DNA of 64,000 nucleotides from Candidatus Poribacteria bacterium (GTDB lineage Bacteria; Poribacteria; WGA-4E; WGA-3G): NCBI GenBank assembly GCA_003635315.1, contig PYJD01000040.1, positions 65,276 to 129,275 of the forward strand, read 5' to 3'. Shown piece by piece: positions 19,132 to 29,161 of this stretch (position 1 is its first letter; each line of letters starts with the position of its first letter). The notes under the pieces were generated by a model. It saw only the letters and a program-made list of their open reading frames with translations, ran no database searches and was not told where the DNA came from. The position numbers and the translations under genes were made by a program.

Positions 19132-20472
19132 TTGTCAATGACAATAGATCAGGTAAAAAAGTTAATTGAAGAAAAAGACATAGAGTTCTTCCTATGCTCT
19201 TTCGTAGAGATGAGCGGTGCCCCAAAAGCAAAAGTCATTCCAACAACCCATCTTGAGGATATGGCGAATGAAGGTGCAGGGTTTGGCGGGTTCGCTGCTG
19301 GTGAGATTGGACAGTCTCCACATGATCCAGAGATGGCAAGTATTCCTGATTTTAACTCACTAACTGTTGTTCCGTGGAGAGATAATTTAGCTTGGGTCGC
19401 AGGCGATATGTACGTAGAAGGGAACTCTTGGCACTATTGTCCGCGGACTATTCTAAAGAAGCAATTGGATAAAGCAAAGGTAAATGGCTATACATTCAAT
19501 GTTGGAATAGAAGCAGAATTCATGCTATTAAAACTGGATGAGAATGAGGAATATGTTCCATGGGATACATTAGATACTATGGATAAACCTTGTTACGATC
19601 TTAAAGCCTTGTATCGAAATCTTGATATGATGACAACTCTGATAAAATATATGCAAGAACTCGGATGGGAACCTTACGCTAACGATCATGAAGATGGCAC
19701 ATGTCAATATGAACTAAATTGGACATATTCAGATGCACTAACAACCGCAGATAGACATACTTTTTTCAAATGGATGGTGAAAACTGTAGCAGAGGAAAGT
19801 GGACTTTTGGCAACCTTTATGCCAAAACCATTTTCTAACCTTACCGGTAACGGTGCTCATTTTCATATGAGTCTATGGGACGAGAACAATCAGAAAAATC
19901 TGTTCTTAGATGAAGATGATCCTTATGGTCTTTCTCAAATTGGATACTGGTTCACTGGAGGTATTCTAAAACATGCAAATGCACTAACGGCTATCACAAA
20001 TCCTCTTGTAAATAGTTACAAACGCTTAGTCCGTAGAAAACCTCGATCTGGATCAACATGGGCACCGGTTTATGTTACCTATGGTTCGAATAACCGAACA
20101 CAAATGATCCGTATTCCTGCCGAAGGTCGCATTGAAAATCGATTAGGAGATGGAGCAGCAAATCCATATCTTGCAGCAACTGTCCTTCTCGCTGCAGGAT
20201 TAGATGGAATCGAGAACAAGATTGACCCGGGTATCGCAAATGAAGATAACCTTTATGAAATATCCGATGATGAATTGGAAAGTAGAGGCATCCATTCACT
20301 CCCTTCCACACTGAATGAAGCAATTGATGCTCTGCAAAAAGACGATATTATAAAAGAATCCCTTGGACAGGAATATGCTGACTATTTCATTGATGTAAAA
20401 CGGGAAGAATGGCGTAACTACCATCTAAGTATCAGTCAATGGGAATCCGACAATTATCTTACTGTATATTGA
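19132..20472 (+). CDS. glutamine synthetase family protein (type I GlnA-like / gamma-glutamyl-amine ligase)
   Basis: 446 aa with an N-terminal beta-grasp domain and the catalytic 'GNGAHFHMSLWD' / 'RIENRLGDGAANPYL' GS motifs. Confidence 0.8.
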   Translation: MSMTIDQVKKLIEEKDIEFFLCSFVEMSGAPKAKVIPTTHLEDMANEGAGFGGFAAGEIGQSPHDPEMASIPDFNSLTVVPWRDNLAWVAGDMYVEGNSWHYCPRTILKKQLDKAKVNGYTFNVGIEAEFMLLKLDENEEYVPWDTLDTMDKPCYDLKALYRNLDMMTTLIKYMQELGWEPYANDHEDGTCQYELNWTYSDALTTADRHTFFKWMVKTVAEESGLLATFMPKPFSNLTGNGAHFHMSLWDENNQKNLFLDEDDPYGLSQIGYWFTGGILKHANALTAITNPLVNSYKRLVRRKPRSGSTWAPVYVTYGSNNRTQMIRIPAEGRIENRLGDGAANPYLAATVLLAAGLDGIENKIDPGIANEDNLYEISDDELESRGIHSLPSTLNEAIDALQKDDIIKESLGQEYADYFIDVKREEWRNYHLSISQWESDNYLTVY

Positions 20473-20627
20473 AGATTCCACATTAATACAGACTAATCAT
20501 TTCATATTTAATATATATCAAACAAGAATCTGTATTCATCAATTTTGTAAAATTTATGATAGTATCAATGTAACTACAAGAGTTCTTAATCTGTTAATAT
20601 CGTTAGTGCATTAACTGATTCTATATC

Positions 20628-20656
20628 TTGACAAGTACAATTCTGAGTGTTAAAAT
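20628..20656 (+). promoter_or_regulatory. sigma-70-type promoter of the methyltransferase gene (TTGACA, 17 nt, TAAAAT)
   Basis: 'TTGACAagtacaattctgagtgtTAAAAT' has a perfect -35, a 17-nt spacer and a 4/6 -10. The first ATG with an AGGA RBS is at 20713. Confidence 0.55.
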
Positions 20657-20712
20657 CACTTTATCCAAGAACAATCCTTCCAAACTATCCTAATGTCATA
20701 ATAGGAATAAAA

Positions 20713-22284
20713 ATGCTGTTGAATCTTAAACAAGCAAGCCAGTGGGCGTCAGACTATCTAAATAAGAAAGTTACCACAGCTAACATTACATATCTAATAC
20801 AATACGGACATATTGATACCGTTCTTAATAACGGATCAAAACTGATACCATTAGATAGTCTTACACAATATTATACTCAATATTGTCGGGAGATGCGATG
20901 GAAAGACGAACTCGGTGATGACCTTAATTGGACACTATCTTTCGATAAATATAAGGAAGCAGAAACTACCAAACATGTCCATCGATTACATCCTTATAAG
21001 GGGAAATTTATTCCACAACTGGTTGAATATTTCTTAGATCTACATACAGATAATTTTAAGCATGATATATATTTCCAACCAGGGGATATTGTGCTTGATC
21101 CTTTTTGTGGTAGTGGTACAACTTTAGTCCAAGCAAATGAATTAGGTATACACGCAATTGGTATCGACATATCTACTTTTAATTCTTTCATTAGTAATGC
21201 AAAAGTCGAGGATTTCGACCTAATGAAAATGTATGACGAATCAAAAAATATAACATCCGCACTCAAAGGTAATGTTTCCTTATCAAATATAGTTGAATTT
21301 GAAACAAAACTATCCGATTCCTTAACCCAATTTAATAATGAATATTTTCCAATATCATTCAAAAAACGAGTCAGAAATGGTGAAATCAATGAGAAGAAAT
21401 ATGGGTCAGAAAAGGAAATTGATTTTTTAGATACATATCAAAGGCTTATTAAAGAGTATGAGATTGATATTCTTATGCCAACTGATTCAGCACGCTTTAT
21501 GAAACAATGGTATCTCCCTCGGGTAAAAGCAGAGATTGATCTGGTCTATAATAAAATATGTAATGTAGAAAATTTATCTATAAGAAAAGCTTTAATGCTT
21601 ATTTTAAGTCGGACTATTCGTTCCTGTAGAGCAACTACTCACGCAGATTTAGGTACATTACGAAAGCCTGTCACGACAACTTATTTTTGTAGGAAACATG
21701 GTAAAATTTGTAAACCTCTGTTTACGATACTGAGTTGGTGGCAACGATACTGCAAAGATAGTATAGAACGTTGGATCGAATTTAAAAAGTTAAAAACAGA
21801 AACTTTCCAATACTGTATTACAGGTGATTCTCGAACTATTGATATCCAAACAATGCTAAAACAGCAAGAAACACAATTAGCTGAAATATACAATAAGCAT
21901 AAGATCACTGGTATATTCACAAGTCCTCCTTATGTTGGTCTAATTAATTACCATGAACAACACGCATATGCCTACGATCTTTTTGGATTCAAAAGGTTAG
22001 ACGAATTAGAAATTGGACCTCTTTTTAAAGGAAAGGGTCGAGAAGCCAGAGAATCGTATGTCCACGGAGTATCCGAAGTTTTTAAGAACTGTAAAAGGTT
22101 CTTAGCTGAGGATTATAATGTCTTTATTGTAGCAAATGATAAGTTTGACTTGTACCCAACAATAGCAGAAATAGCAGGAATGAAGATTATAAATCAATAC
22201 AAACGACCAGTCATAAATCGTACTGAGAAAAATAGAGAGGCTGCATATTCTGAAACAATATTTCATTTAAAAGATAATGGGTAG
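20713..22284 (+). CDS. DNA methyltransferase (N6-adenine/N4-cytosine amino-MTase, PF01555-like, permuted motif order)
   Basis: About 523 aa. It has 'HPYKGKFIPQLVEYFL...GDIVLDPFCGSGTT' (motif X plus motif I) near the N-terminus. It has 'FTSPPY' (motif IV) about 270 aa later. The start is taken at the ATG with an AGGA RBS downstream of the predicted promoter. Confidence 0.8.
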   Translation: MLLNLKQASQWASDYLNKKVTTANITYLIQYGHIDTVLNNGSKLIPLDSLTQYYTQYCREMRWKDELGDDLNWTLSFDKYKEAETTKHVHRLHPYKGKFIPQLVEYFLDLHTDNFKHDIYFQPGDIVLDPFCGSGTTLVQANELGIHAIGIDISTFNSFISNAKVEDFDLMKMYDESKNITSALKGNVSLSNIVEFETKLSDSLTQFNNEYFPISFKKRVRNGEINEKKYGSEKEIDFLDTYQRLIKEYEIDILMPTDSARFMKQWYLPRVKAEIDLVYNKICNVENLSIRKALMLILSRTIRSCRATTHADLGTLRKPVTTTYFCRKHGKICKPLFTILSWWQRYCKDSIERWIEFKKLKTETFQYCITGDSRTIDIQTMLKQQETQLAEIYNKHKITGIFTSPPYVGLINYHEQHAYAYDLFGFKRLDELEIGPLFKGKGREARESYVHGVSEVFKNCKRFLAEDYNVFIVANDKFDLYPTIAEIAGMKIINQYKRPVINRTEKNREAAYSETIFHLKDNG

Positions 22285-22290
22285 CGATGA

Positions 22291-23061
22291 ATGAATTCAC
22301 AACGACAGTCAATGATTAAAGAGAAGATAAAGGAATGTCTACGTGAAAAATTCCGAGTACATGAACCCGAAACAAATTATATGCCTTTTCATTATCGCTT
22401 GCTTGGAAAAGATAGGATGGCATTATACTCGTTTATCCATTCAATAAATACTAAATTTGGAATTTCATTTTATGAACCAGTTGCAATTGCTTTGGCAAAA
22501 GATAGATTTAAAATAGTGGACACACAAGTCAAACCGGGGAACAAGATCAGTTTTGACGCACATCTACAAATTCAGTCAATAATGAATGGGTTAAGTACAG
22601 CAGAAAGAGAACCGAATAAGTCATTAGAGATTCAAGAAATTAAAGAAGTCTGTACTTCAGGAAAATTAGAACACATTAAACTCACCAATGTTGATGTTTG
22701 GTTAGAAACTAACGAAGATGAACTGTTTCTAATTGACTTTAAAACTGTAAAACCTAATAAAAGTGATTTCCAGAAATTTAAGAGAACATTACTCGAATGG
22801 AGTGCTGCTGAATTAGCAAGAAATCCAAATGGTGTTGTTAATGCAATAATAGGCATTCCTTACAATCCTTATGAACCGGAGCCATATCAACGATGGACGC
22901 TTAAGGGTATGTTTGATCTTGAACATGATATATTGATAGCAGAAGAACTATGGGATTTTATTGGAGGAGAAGGAACTTACGCAAATCTTTTAGATGCTTT
23001 TGAACAAGCAGGAATTGAGTTAAGAGACGAAATTGACGAATATTTTAGACAATTCAGTTAA
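22291..23061 (+). CDS. putative Type II restriction endonuclease (PD-(D/E)xK-like) partner of the upstream methyltransferase
   Basis: 256 aa, beginning 7 nt after the MTase stop. It has a candidate 'VDVW...ELFLIDFK' D...(D/E)xK motif. No other family assignment can be made from sequence alone. Confidence 0.5.
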   Translation: MNSQRQSMIKEKIKECLREKFRVHEPETNYMPFHYRLLGKDRMALYSFIHSINTKFGISFYEPVAIALAKDRFKIVDTQVKPGNKISFDAHLQIQSIMNGLSTAEREPNKSLEIQEIKEVCTSGKLEHIKLTNVDVWLETNEDELFLIDFKTVKPNKSDFQKFKRTLLEWSAAELARNPNGVVNAIIGIPYNPYEPEPYQRWTLKGMFDLEHDILIAEELWDFIGGEGTYANLLDAFEQAGIELRDEIDEYFRQFS

Positions 23062-23089
23062 TCAGACTAAAAAATTTGGAGGAAAAACC

Positions 23090-23821
23090 ATGTCTCAAAT
23101 CAAATCAGTGTTCTTATGGGAAAACCAAAGACGGTATATACGTGAAGCAATTGATGAAGGCACTCTCATAGGAGCAATTATTCCTACCGGTAGTACTGAA
23201 CAGCACAATGAACATTTAGCTATGTATCATGATACACAAAGTGCAGTCTATGTATCAAAATTGGCTGCTGAGAAATTATTTCCAAAAGTGGTTGTAACTA
23301 CTCCTTTAGCAATTGGTGTTTCAGAACACTGGATGGACCATAAAGGTACACTTACACTTCGCGCTGAAGTCTTTGGGGAAGTTCTATACGATGTCGCAGA
23401 CAGTATGCGTCGACACGGAATAGAAAACATATTGATAGTTAATGGGCATGCAGGGAATGCCGGTCCTGTAAACCAACGACTGGATGGATTTAGAGAAAAA
23501 CTTGGAATCAACATAGAGTTTCATTCCTATTGGGAAGCATACTCCAGCGAGTTAGTACAAGAACAGATGGAATCTGGCGTGTGTCCCGGTCATGCCGCTG
23601 AATTCGAAACCGCTTTTGCTCTTGCAGCATTTGCCGAAAATGTTGATTGGGATGGTGTTGATTATGACAGTGCCAAACTAACTATTTCAAATGAAGGACA
23701 AGCTAATTCTGATAGAGAATACCACCATCAAGCAAAACTTGCTACGATTGAAAAAGGTCAGGTTATGATTGATGTGGCTGTTGATTGGGTTGCAGAAAAA
23801 ATGCAGGATTTGATGTCATAA
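23090..23821 (+). CDS. creatininase (creatinine amidohydrolase) family protein
   Basis: 243 aa from the ATG with a GGAGG RBS. It has 'GSTEQHNEHLAMYHD' and 'VNGHAGN' metal-binding motifs of PF02633. Confidence 0.8.
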   Translation: MSQIKSVFLWENQRRYIREAIDEGTLIGAIIPTGSTEQHNEHLAMYHDTQSAVYVSKLAAEKLFPKVVVTTPLAIGVSEHWMDHKGTLTLRAEVFGEVLYDVADSMRRHGIENILIVNGHAGNAGPVNQRLDGFREKLGINIEFHSYWEAYSSELVQEQMESGVCPGHAAEFETAFALAAFAENVDWDGVDYDSAKLTISNEGQANSDREYHHQAKLATIEKGQVMIDVAVDWVAEKMQDLMS

Positions 23822-23845
23822 AATATATTCTTCGTGTAATTGTAT

Positions 23846-23880
23846 AAGGCGCGCATACTATGCGCGCCCTGCACTTTTTA
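23846..23880. terminator. bidirectional GC-rich hairpin terminator between convergent genes
   Basis: 'GGCGCGCATActaTGCGCGCC' is a 9-bp GC-rich stem followed by TTTTT. It lies between the creatininase gene (+) and the aldolase gene (-). Confidence 0.6.
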
Positions 23881-24669
23881 ATGTCCCTCAAGCGCTTTTC
23901 TGAGTCCATCACCGTGTTCCCGCCACCATCCATATAATATAGAAATATCTGTACCAATACAGAAATGTCTTACTCCCATATCAAGGAATCGTTTCGCACC
24001 ATCTGCACTTCCAATTTCCGCACGAGGAGGAACACCCATCTCTATTGCTGTTTTAAATACTCTCATTTCTGTATCTTGAATTTCTTGTGATCCCCGCTGA
24101 CCTACCTTCCCAATACTCATAGAATAGTCAGATCCACCCCACTGAATCATATCCACTCCGTCAACTGATAATACCTCTTCAAGATCTTCTACTGTCCCTT
24201 TCTTCTCAATCATAATCACAACCACAACATCACGTAAGGCTTGTACATATTCAGGTCCACCACCATATCCCATATATGAAAAACGTCTTGTGGCAACACC
24301 ATAGCTACCCCCGTCTTCAGGGGTATCTGCCCGCGTTATCTTAACACATTCTTTTACATCATCAACATTTTGACAATCCGCATACAAAACACTTTGGAAT
24401 CCGGATCCAATAGCACGTTGGGCTATGAATCCTCGCGGCTCTTGGTCAACCTTAATCATTGTTGAGATGTCATGTAGTTCAGCTGCCCTACACAGATTAT
24501 CCAAATCGTGGAGATCAAATGGTCCATATTCTCCTACAAATTCCACATAGTCATACATTCCTGTATGACCTATCGCTTCAACTATTGAGGGCCATGTCGT
24601 ATGAATATGTGTTCCGACTGTAGGTTTGTCAGCGTCTAATAATTTTCGAAAGGTATTTTCTCTCATCAA
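23878..24669 (-). CDS. HpcH/HpaI (class II) aldolase family protein
   Basis: 263 aa with 'MIEKKGTVEDLEEVLSVDGVDMIQWGGSDYSMSIG' typical of 2-keto-3-deoxy-acid aldolases of the HpcH/HpaI family. Confidence 0.75.
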   Translation of the reverse strand: MMRENTFRKLLDADKPTVGTHIHTTWPSIVEAIGHTGMYDYVEFVGEYGPFDLHDLDNLCRAAELHDISTMIKVDQEPRGFIAQRAIGSGFQSVLYADCQNVDDVKECVKITRADTPEDGGSYGVATRRFSYMGYGGGPEYVQALRDVVVVIMIEKKGTVEDLEEVLSVDGVDMIQWGGSDYSMSIGKVGQRGSQEIQDTEMRVFKTAIEMGVPPRAEIGSADGAKRFLDMGVRHFCIGTDISILYGWWREHGDGLRKALEGH

Positions 24670-24838
24670 TCTTCCTTTTCTATGAATGAACGATTCTACA
24701 AGTTGTGATGGTAATATATAATGGCATCTATACTAACAGTAATTGATATATTTTTCAACGGCAAAATAGGATTGCTTAGGTGATGTATATCTGTTAAACT
24801 GATAGCCAAACCTACGCATACAGGAATCTTGTAAGACG

Positions 24839-25618
24839 ATGAAAAACACAATAAGCCTACCATCAAATTTCTCCGATTATCTTCAAATAGACAATGCTGA
24901 CATCCGTTTCCAGGAAGCCATTGATGTTGCAATGAAAATCAAGGACGCAGGTGTGGAAATCTATCCAAATATGGATCATGCGGCTATTTTCTGCGACCCA
25001 CCCCACTTAGTGGCAGATGGACTGAAACAACTGGGTTATGTAAACGGGTGGGATGCACGATGTTATCCATCCCCAGTTGACGGTTGTGATTATATTAATG
25101 TCTCAGCACAATTATCTGCTGACAGTCCAGCGAAAAAAGAAGGATGGTTTGATTATGTGGCGGTCGTTCATCCTGTTGATAAAATTGCATTAGAACATAT
25201 GCTTGGACAAGGACATGGTAATCCATTTATTCATCATCTTACATGGGGTATAGTTGCTCCAGAAAATCGTAACAATGATTTTGAATATGCAAGTAGAGTT
25301 GTACCGTTTATGGTTAATCAACGAGAAATTATAGGTAAGGCTATAGGGGATGAACCTGGAACACTCATAATTGCCCTACCAGAAAATGTAGTTTCAAATC
25401 CTAAATTGCAAGATGAATTACCAAATTGGTTAGGTGATTTAAATGAGGAAGACTATCAGGTAGAATCCATGCAGGGTGGTGGTTTTCTCATACAGTTTTT
25501 TGTTTTAACAGGTGGTAGAATAGAAGTCGCATTACGTGTGAATACCACCCAAACCTTCAATCCAAAGAGTGTCCACAAAATCTCCGAAGATGAGATAAGT
25601 GCTATACAGGGAGAATAG
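24839..25618 (+). CDS. hypothetical protein
   Basis: 259-aa ORF with coding-like composition. It has the His-rich 'GQGHGNPFIHHLTWG' segment. No family recognised. Confidence 0.5.
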   Translation: MKNTISLPSNFSDYLQIDNADIRFQEAIDVAMKIKDAGVEIYPNMDHAAIFCDPPHLVADGLKQLGYVNGWDARCYPSPVDGCDYINVSAQLSADSPAKKEGWFDYVAVVHPVDKIALEHMLGQGHGNPFIHHLTWGIVAPENRNNDFEYASRVVPFMVNQREIIGKAIGDEPGTLIIALPENVVSNPKLQDELPNWLGDLNEEDYQVESMQGGGFLIQFFVLTGGRIEVALRVNTTQTFNPKSVHKISEDEISAIQGE

Positions 25619-25712
25619 TGAAACTTTTATTTATGTGAATTCTGATACAAATATTGGCATATTGGGCAATTCGCTTGTTCAACGTACGAAATCCCAAGGT
25701 GAGAATTAGGCA

Positions 25713-25871
25713 ATGAAGGAACCGATGAATAACACAAAAATTCCGCAAACCGAATCTATTCAAGAAATGGCTGAGTTTTGGGATACACACGATTTAACCG
25801 ACTTTGAAGACGAACTTGATGAGGTACGTGAACTCGTATTTGATACTTTAGTTTCAATTAGAGAAGTTTGA
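25713..25871 (+). CDS. antitoxin-like small ORF (EFWDTHD-motif, RHH-antitoxin N-terminal region); probably a truncated remnant
   Basis: 52 aa, 'MKEPMNNTKIPQTESIQEMAEFWDTHDLTDFEDELDEVRELVF…', below the ORF-track length cutoff. It is preceded in another frame by a 26-aa stop-to-stop remnant '…AYWAIRLFNVRNPKVRIRQ' that resembles a BrnT/DUF497 toxin C-terminus. Confidence 0.35.
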   Translation: MKEPMNNTKIPQTESIQEMAEFWDTHDLTDFEDELDEVRELVFDTLVSIREV

Positions 25872-26260
25872 ATCTCCAACCATGTTATACCCACTGTCTT
25901 GCTGTTTTAATGATAATTTTCACATGTATTTCGGGGATATTAGAGGAATATATGACCTACTTTAAGATTGAATATTCTGATTATCCAACTCTTGAAGACC
26001 TTTGGAAAAATTACCAGAAACTTTTAAACGGATAAATTGATTTTCAGAATTAAACAGCATCGCTTAAACGTGAATATCAATAATGGTGTTAACCCACAAT
26101 CAAACAGAAATGTATATTATGAAACGGATTTATTTTCTCATTTTAACCCTAATGCGTGTTAATACCCTCTTTCTACGGTGGACAAGTGCTTAACAAAATA
26201 GGTGTCCTACTCTCCAGCATGGTCGAGTAACAGGTATAAAGTATTCTGGGAGATTGAAAA

Positions 26261-26866
26261 ATGGCTTATAGCAATTTCACCTTAGAAACAGTATGCACGG
26301 AGTTTCAAGTTGAATTCATTGAATCCACTGGTATCTTCTCTAATATAGAACCAGTGAAACCAAGTTTGGAACTAATAACAGATTTAGAAAAAAAAGTACC
26401 AGTTGCTGCCGCCATAAATACAGAGAAAGCACGGTCGGAACTAATTGTCGCAAATGTGTTGTTTGAACTCCGAGAGCAATTCGACCGTGCTATCAGTTTC
26501 TTTTCTGGTATTGATTTCACCGTTGATCCTGATAACGGTCTTACTGGGGTGTGCGATTTTTTAGTTAGCCTGTCCCCAATACAATCTATTTTGCATGCCC
26601 CCGTTATTGTCCTTGTTGAAGCAAAGAAGGAAGATCCTGCACCTGGTCTCGGACAGTGTATCGCCGAGATGCTCGCTGCACAACGTTTTAATGCTGAAAA
26701 AGGAAATGACATTCCCATCATTTATGGTGCTGCCACTACTGGAACAGAGTGGAAATTTCTAAAATTGCAGAAAAAACGCTTGCATCTTGATATGACAATC
26801 TACCAAATCTCACAGTGCGATAGAATCCTCGGCATTCTCTCAAGCATGGTCAACCAAGAGGCATAA
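26261..26866 (+). CDS. PD-(D/E)xK nuclease-fold protein (HsdR_N-like restriction-endonuclease-like domain), hypothetical
   Basis: 201 aa. 'GVCDFLVSL...VIVLVEAKKED' gives a D...E-A-K motif in the arrangement of the type I R-subunit N-terminal (HSDR_N) family. Confidence 0.4.
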   Translation: MAYSNFTLETVCTEFQVEFIESTGIFSNIEPVKPSLELITDLEKKVPVAAAINTEKARSELIVANVLFELREQFDRAISFFSGIDFTVDPDNGLTGVCDFLVSLSPIQSILHAPVIVLVEAKKEDPAPGLGQCIAEMLAAQRFNAEKGNDIPIIYGAATTGTEWKFLKLQKKRLHLDMTIYQISQCDRILGILSSMVNQEA

Positions 26867-26996
26867 ATTGTTTGAAAAGACAGATTTTTTAGGTATTAAT
26901 AATTTGCAATTATTACATTATCATGATATAATTCAGACCAGATATTTAGATGTCAGATATTTAGATGTCTATGTTCAAGATACCTTTTTAATCCCA

Positions 26997-27199
26997 TCCC
27001 GAGAGGTGGAAAAAGGATGTTAGGTTACAAAATGGGAACGCTTGTTCCCACCTATAAAAAAATAAGTATACATAAAATCAAAATTGGAGTTCAAATTCCA
27101 AACTACTCCATTAAATCAAGTATATTAACATTACATACCTGTTGTAAAAAAAAACACTAAATCTGCCCCTTCTCACTCAAGAGTGAGAAGGTTTTTTTA
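26997..27199 (+). promoter_or_regulatory. PyrR-binding RNA leader / transcription attenuator of the pyr operon
   Basis: 'TCCCGAGAGGTGGAAAAAGG' matches the PyrR binding-loop consensus (UCCAGAGAGGCUnnCAAGG). A downstream hairpin 'GGGAACgcttGTTCCC' follows. An intrinsic terminator 'CCTTCTCACTCaagAGTGAGAAGG' plus T7 lies at 27166-27199, about 60 nt before pyrR. Confidence 0.6.
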
Positions 27200-27214
27200 T
27201 GTCAAATGCAGTAA

Positions 27215-27811
<597 letters not shown>

Positions 27812-27851
27812 TGTAAATTCGCGTTCTAATTATGAGGATAGCATAGACAAA

Positions 27852-29135
27852 ATGCAGACAACACTCATACGTAATGGACACATCGTTGACCCCGCTAACG
27901 ATATTGACGAGGTAGGTGATATTCTAATCGCTGATGGAAAAATCGCTCAAGTTGGTGGCAATATACAAGTAGAAATTGACGATATTTTTGATGCCTCTAA
28001 TTTGACGGTCACACCAGGTCTGATTGATATTCATGTGCATCTAAGAGAACCCGGGTTTGAGCATAAAGAAACAATATCTACTGGTACAGCAGCCGCGGCT
28101 GCTGGGGGTTTTACATCTGTCGTATGTATGGCAAATACATCACCCGTGACTGATACGCCAGATAGAGTTAAGCACATTTACAAAGTTGCAAAAGATATCA
28201 CCAGACAACAAAATTCTTCTAATGCAAATGTATTCACAGTAGGGAGTATAACTAAAGATCTTGCAGGAGAGGAACTAACTGATATAAATGGAATGCTATC
28301 AGCAGGCGCTGTCGGATTTAGTGATGATGGTGTTACAGTTATGAACTCTGCACTTATGCAGGAAGCATTGACATTGAGTGCTGAACTAAACTTCCCAGTG
28401 ATGGTGCATTGTGAAGAACACAATCTAAATACAGGGGCTGTGATGAATCTTGGTGAAACATCACGGAAATTGAACCTAATCGGTAGTCCGAATGCTGCAG
28501 AAGATATAATTGTCGCTCGCGACATTCTACTGGCGGAATTAACTGGTGGGCACATTCATATATTACATGTAAGTACTTCAGGAGCAGTTGATTTAATTAG
28601 ATGGGGAAAACAAAGAGGCGTGAATGTCACCGCAGAAGCATGTCCTCACCACTGGATTCTCACTGATGAAGAAATTGAAAAACAGGGAACAAATGCCAAG
28701 ATGCATCCTCCATTACGTTCAAAAACAGATATCGAAGCCGTTCTTAATGGATTACAGGATGGAACTATAGATGCAATCACTACCGACCATGCACCACATA
28801 CACCTGAAGAAAAGGCATTGGGTATGGTGGATGCTCCCAATGGAATAATAGGACTGGAAACAAGCCTGCCGCTTGTTATGACAACTCTTGTTGAAACAGA
28901 ACATCTTCCTTTGAAGGATGCAATTGCCAAAATGACATACATTCCAGCAAATATCGTAGGAATTGATAGAGGTACACTATCCATCGGTGCAATTGCAGAT
29001 ATAACGTTAATTGACACAAAAGAGATTGCCAAAGTAAACGTTGAAAATTCATTCTCAAAAAGTAGAAATACACCTTTCAATGGTTCGGAATTAAAAGGAT
29101 GGTCTGTAAAGACTATCAAAAATGGTATCTTTTGA
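27852..29135 (+). CDS. pyrC: dihydroorotase
   Basis: About 427 aa amidohydrolase with 'GLIDIHVHLREPG', 'FSDDG' and 'TTDHAPH' metal-ligand motifs. It sits between pyrR and carA. Confidence 0.85.
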   Translation: MQTTLIRNGHIVDPANDIDEVGDILIADGKIAQVGGNIQVEIDDIFDASNLTVTPGLIDIHVHLREPGFEHKETISTGTAAAAAGGFTSVVCMANTSPVTDTPDRVKHIYKVAKDITRQQNSSNANVFTVGSITKDLAGEELTDINGMLSAGAVGFSDDGVTVMNSALMQEALTLSAELNFPVMVHCEEHNLNTGAVMNLGETSRKLNLIGSPNAAEDIIVARDILLAELTGGHIHILHVSTSGAVDLIRWGKQRGVNVTAEACPHHWILTDEEIEKQGTNAKMHPPLRSKTDIEAVLNGLQDGTIDAITTDHAPHTPEEKALGMVDAPNGIIGLETSLPLVMTTLVETEHLPLKDAIAKMTYIPANIVGIDRGTLSIGAIADITLIDTKEIAKVNVENSFSKSRNTPFNGSELKGWSVKTIKNGIF

Positions 29136-29161
29136 AAATACCAGACCTAATGAGGAATAAT

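Noticed and set aside
23033-23089. Upstream extension of the creatininase gene overlapping the restriction-enzyme gene
   Set aside because: The GGAGG RBS immediately precedes the ATG at 23090. The extension would overlap the REase coding end.
28178-29119. 125- and 157-aa ORFs antisense to pyrC
   Set aside because: These are shadow ORFs within a well-supported dihydroorotase gene.
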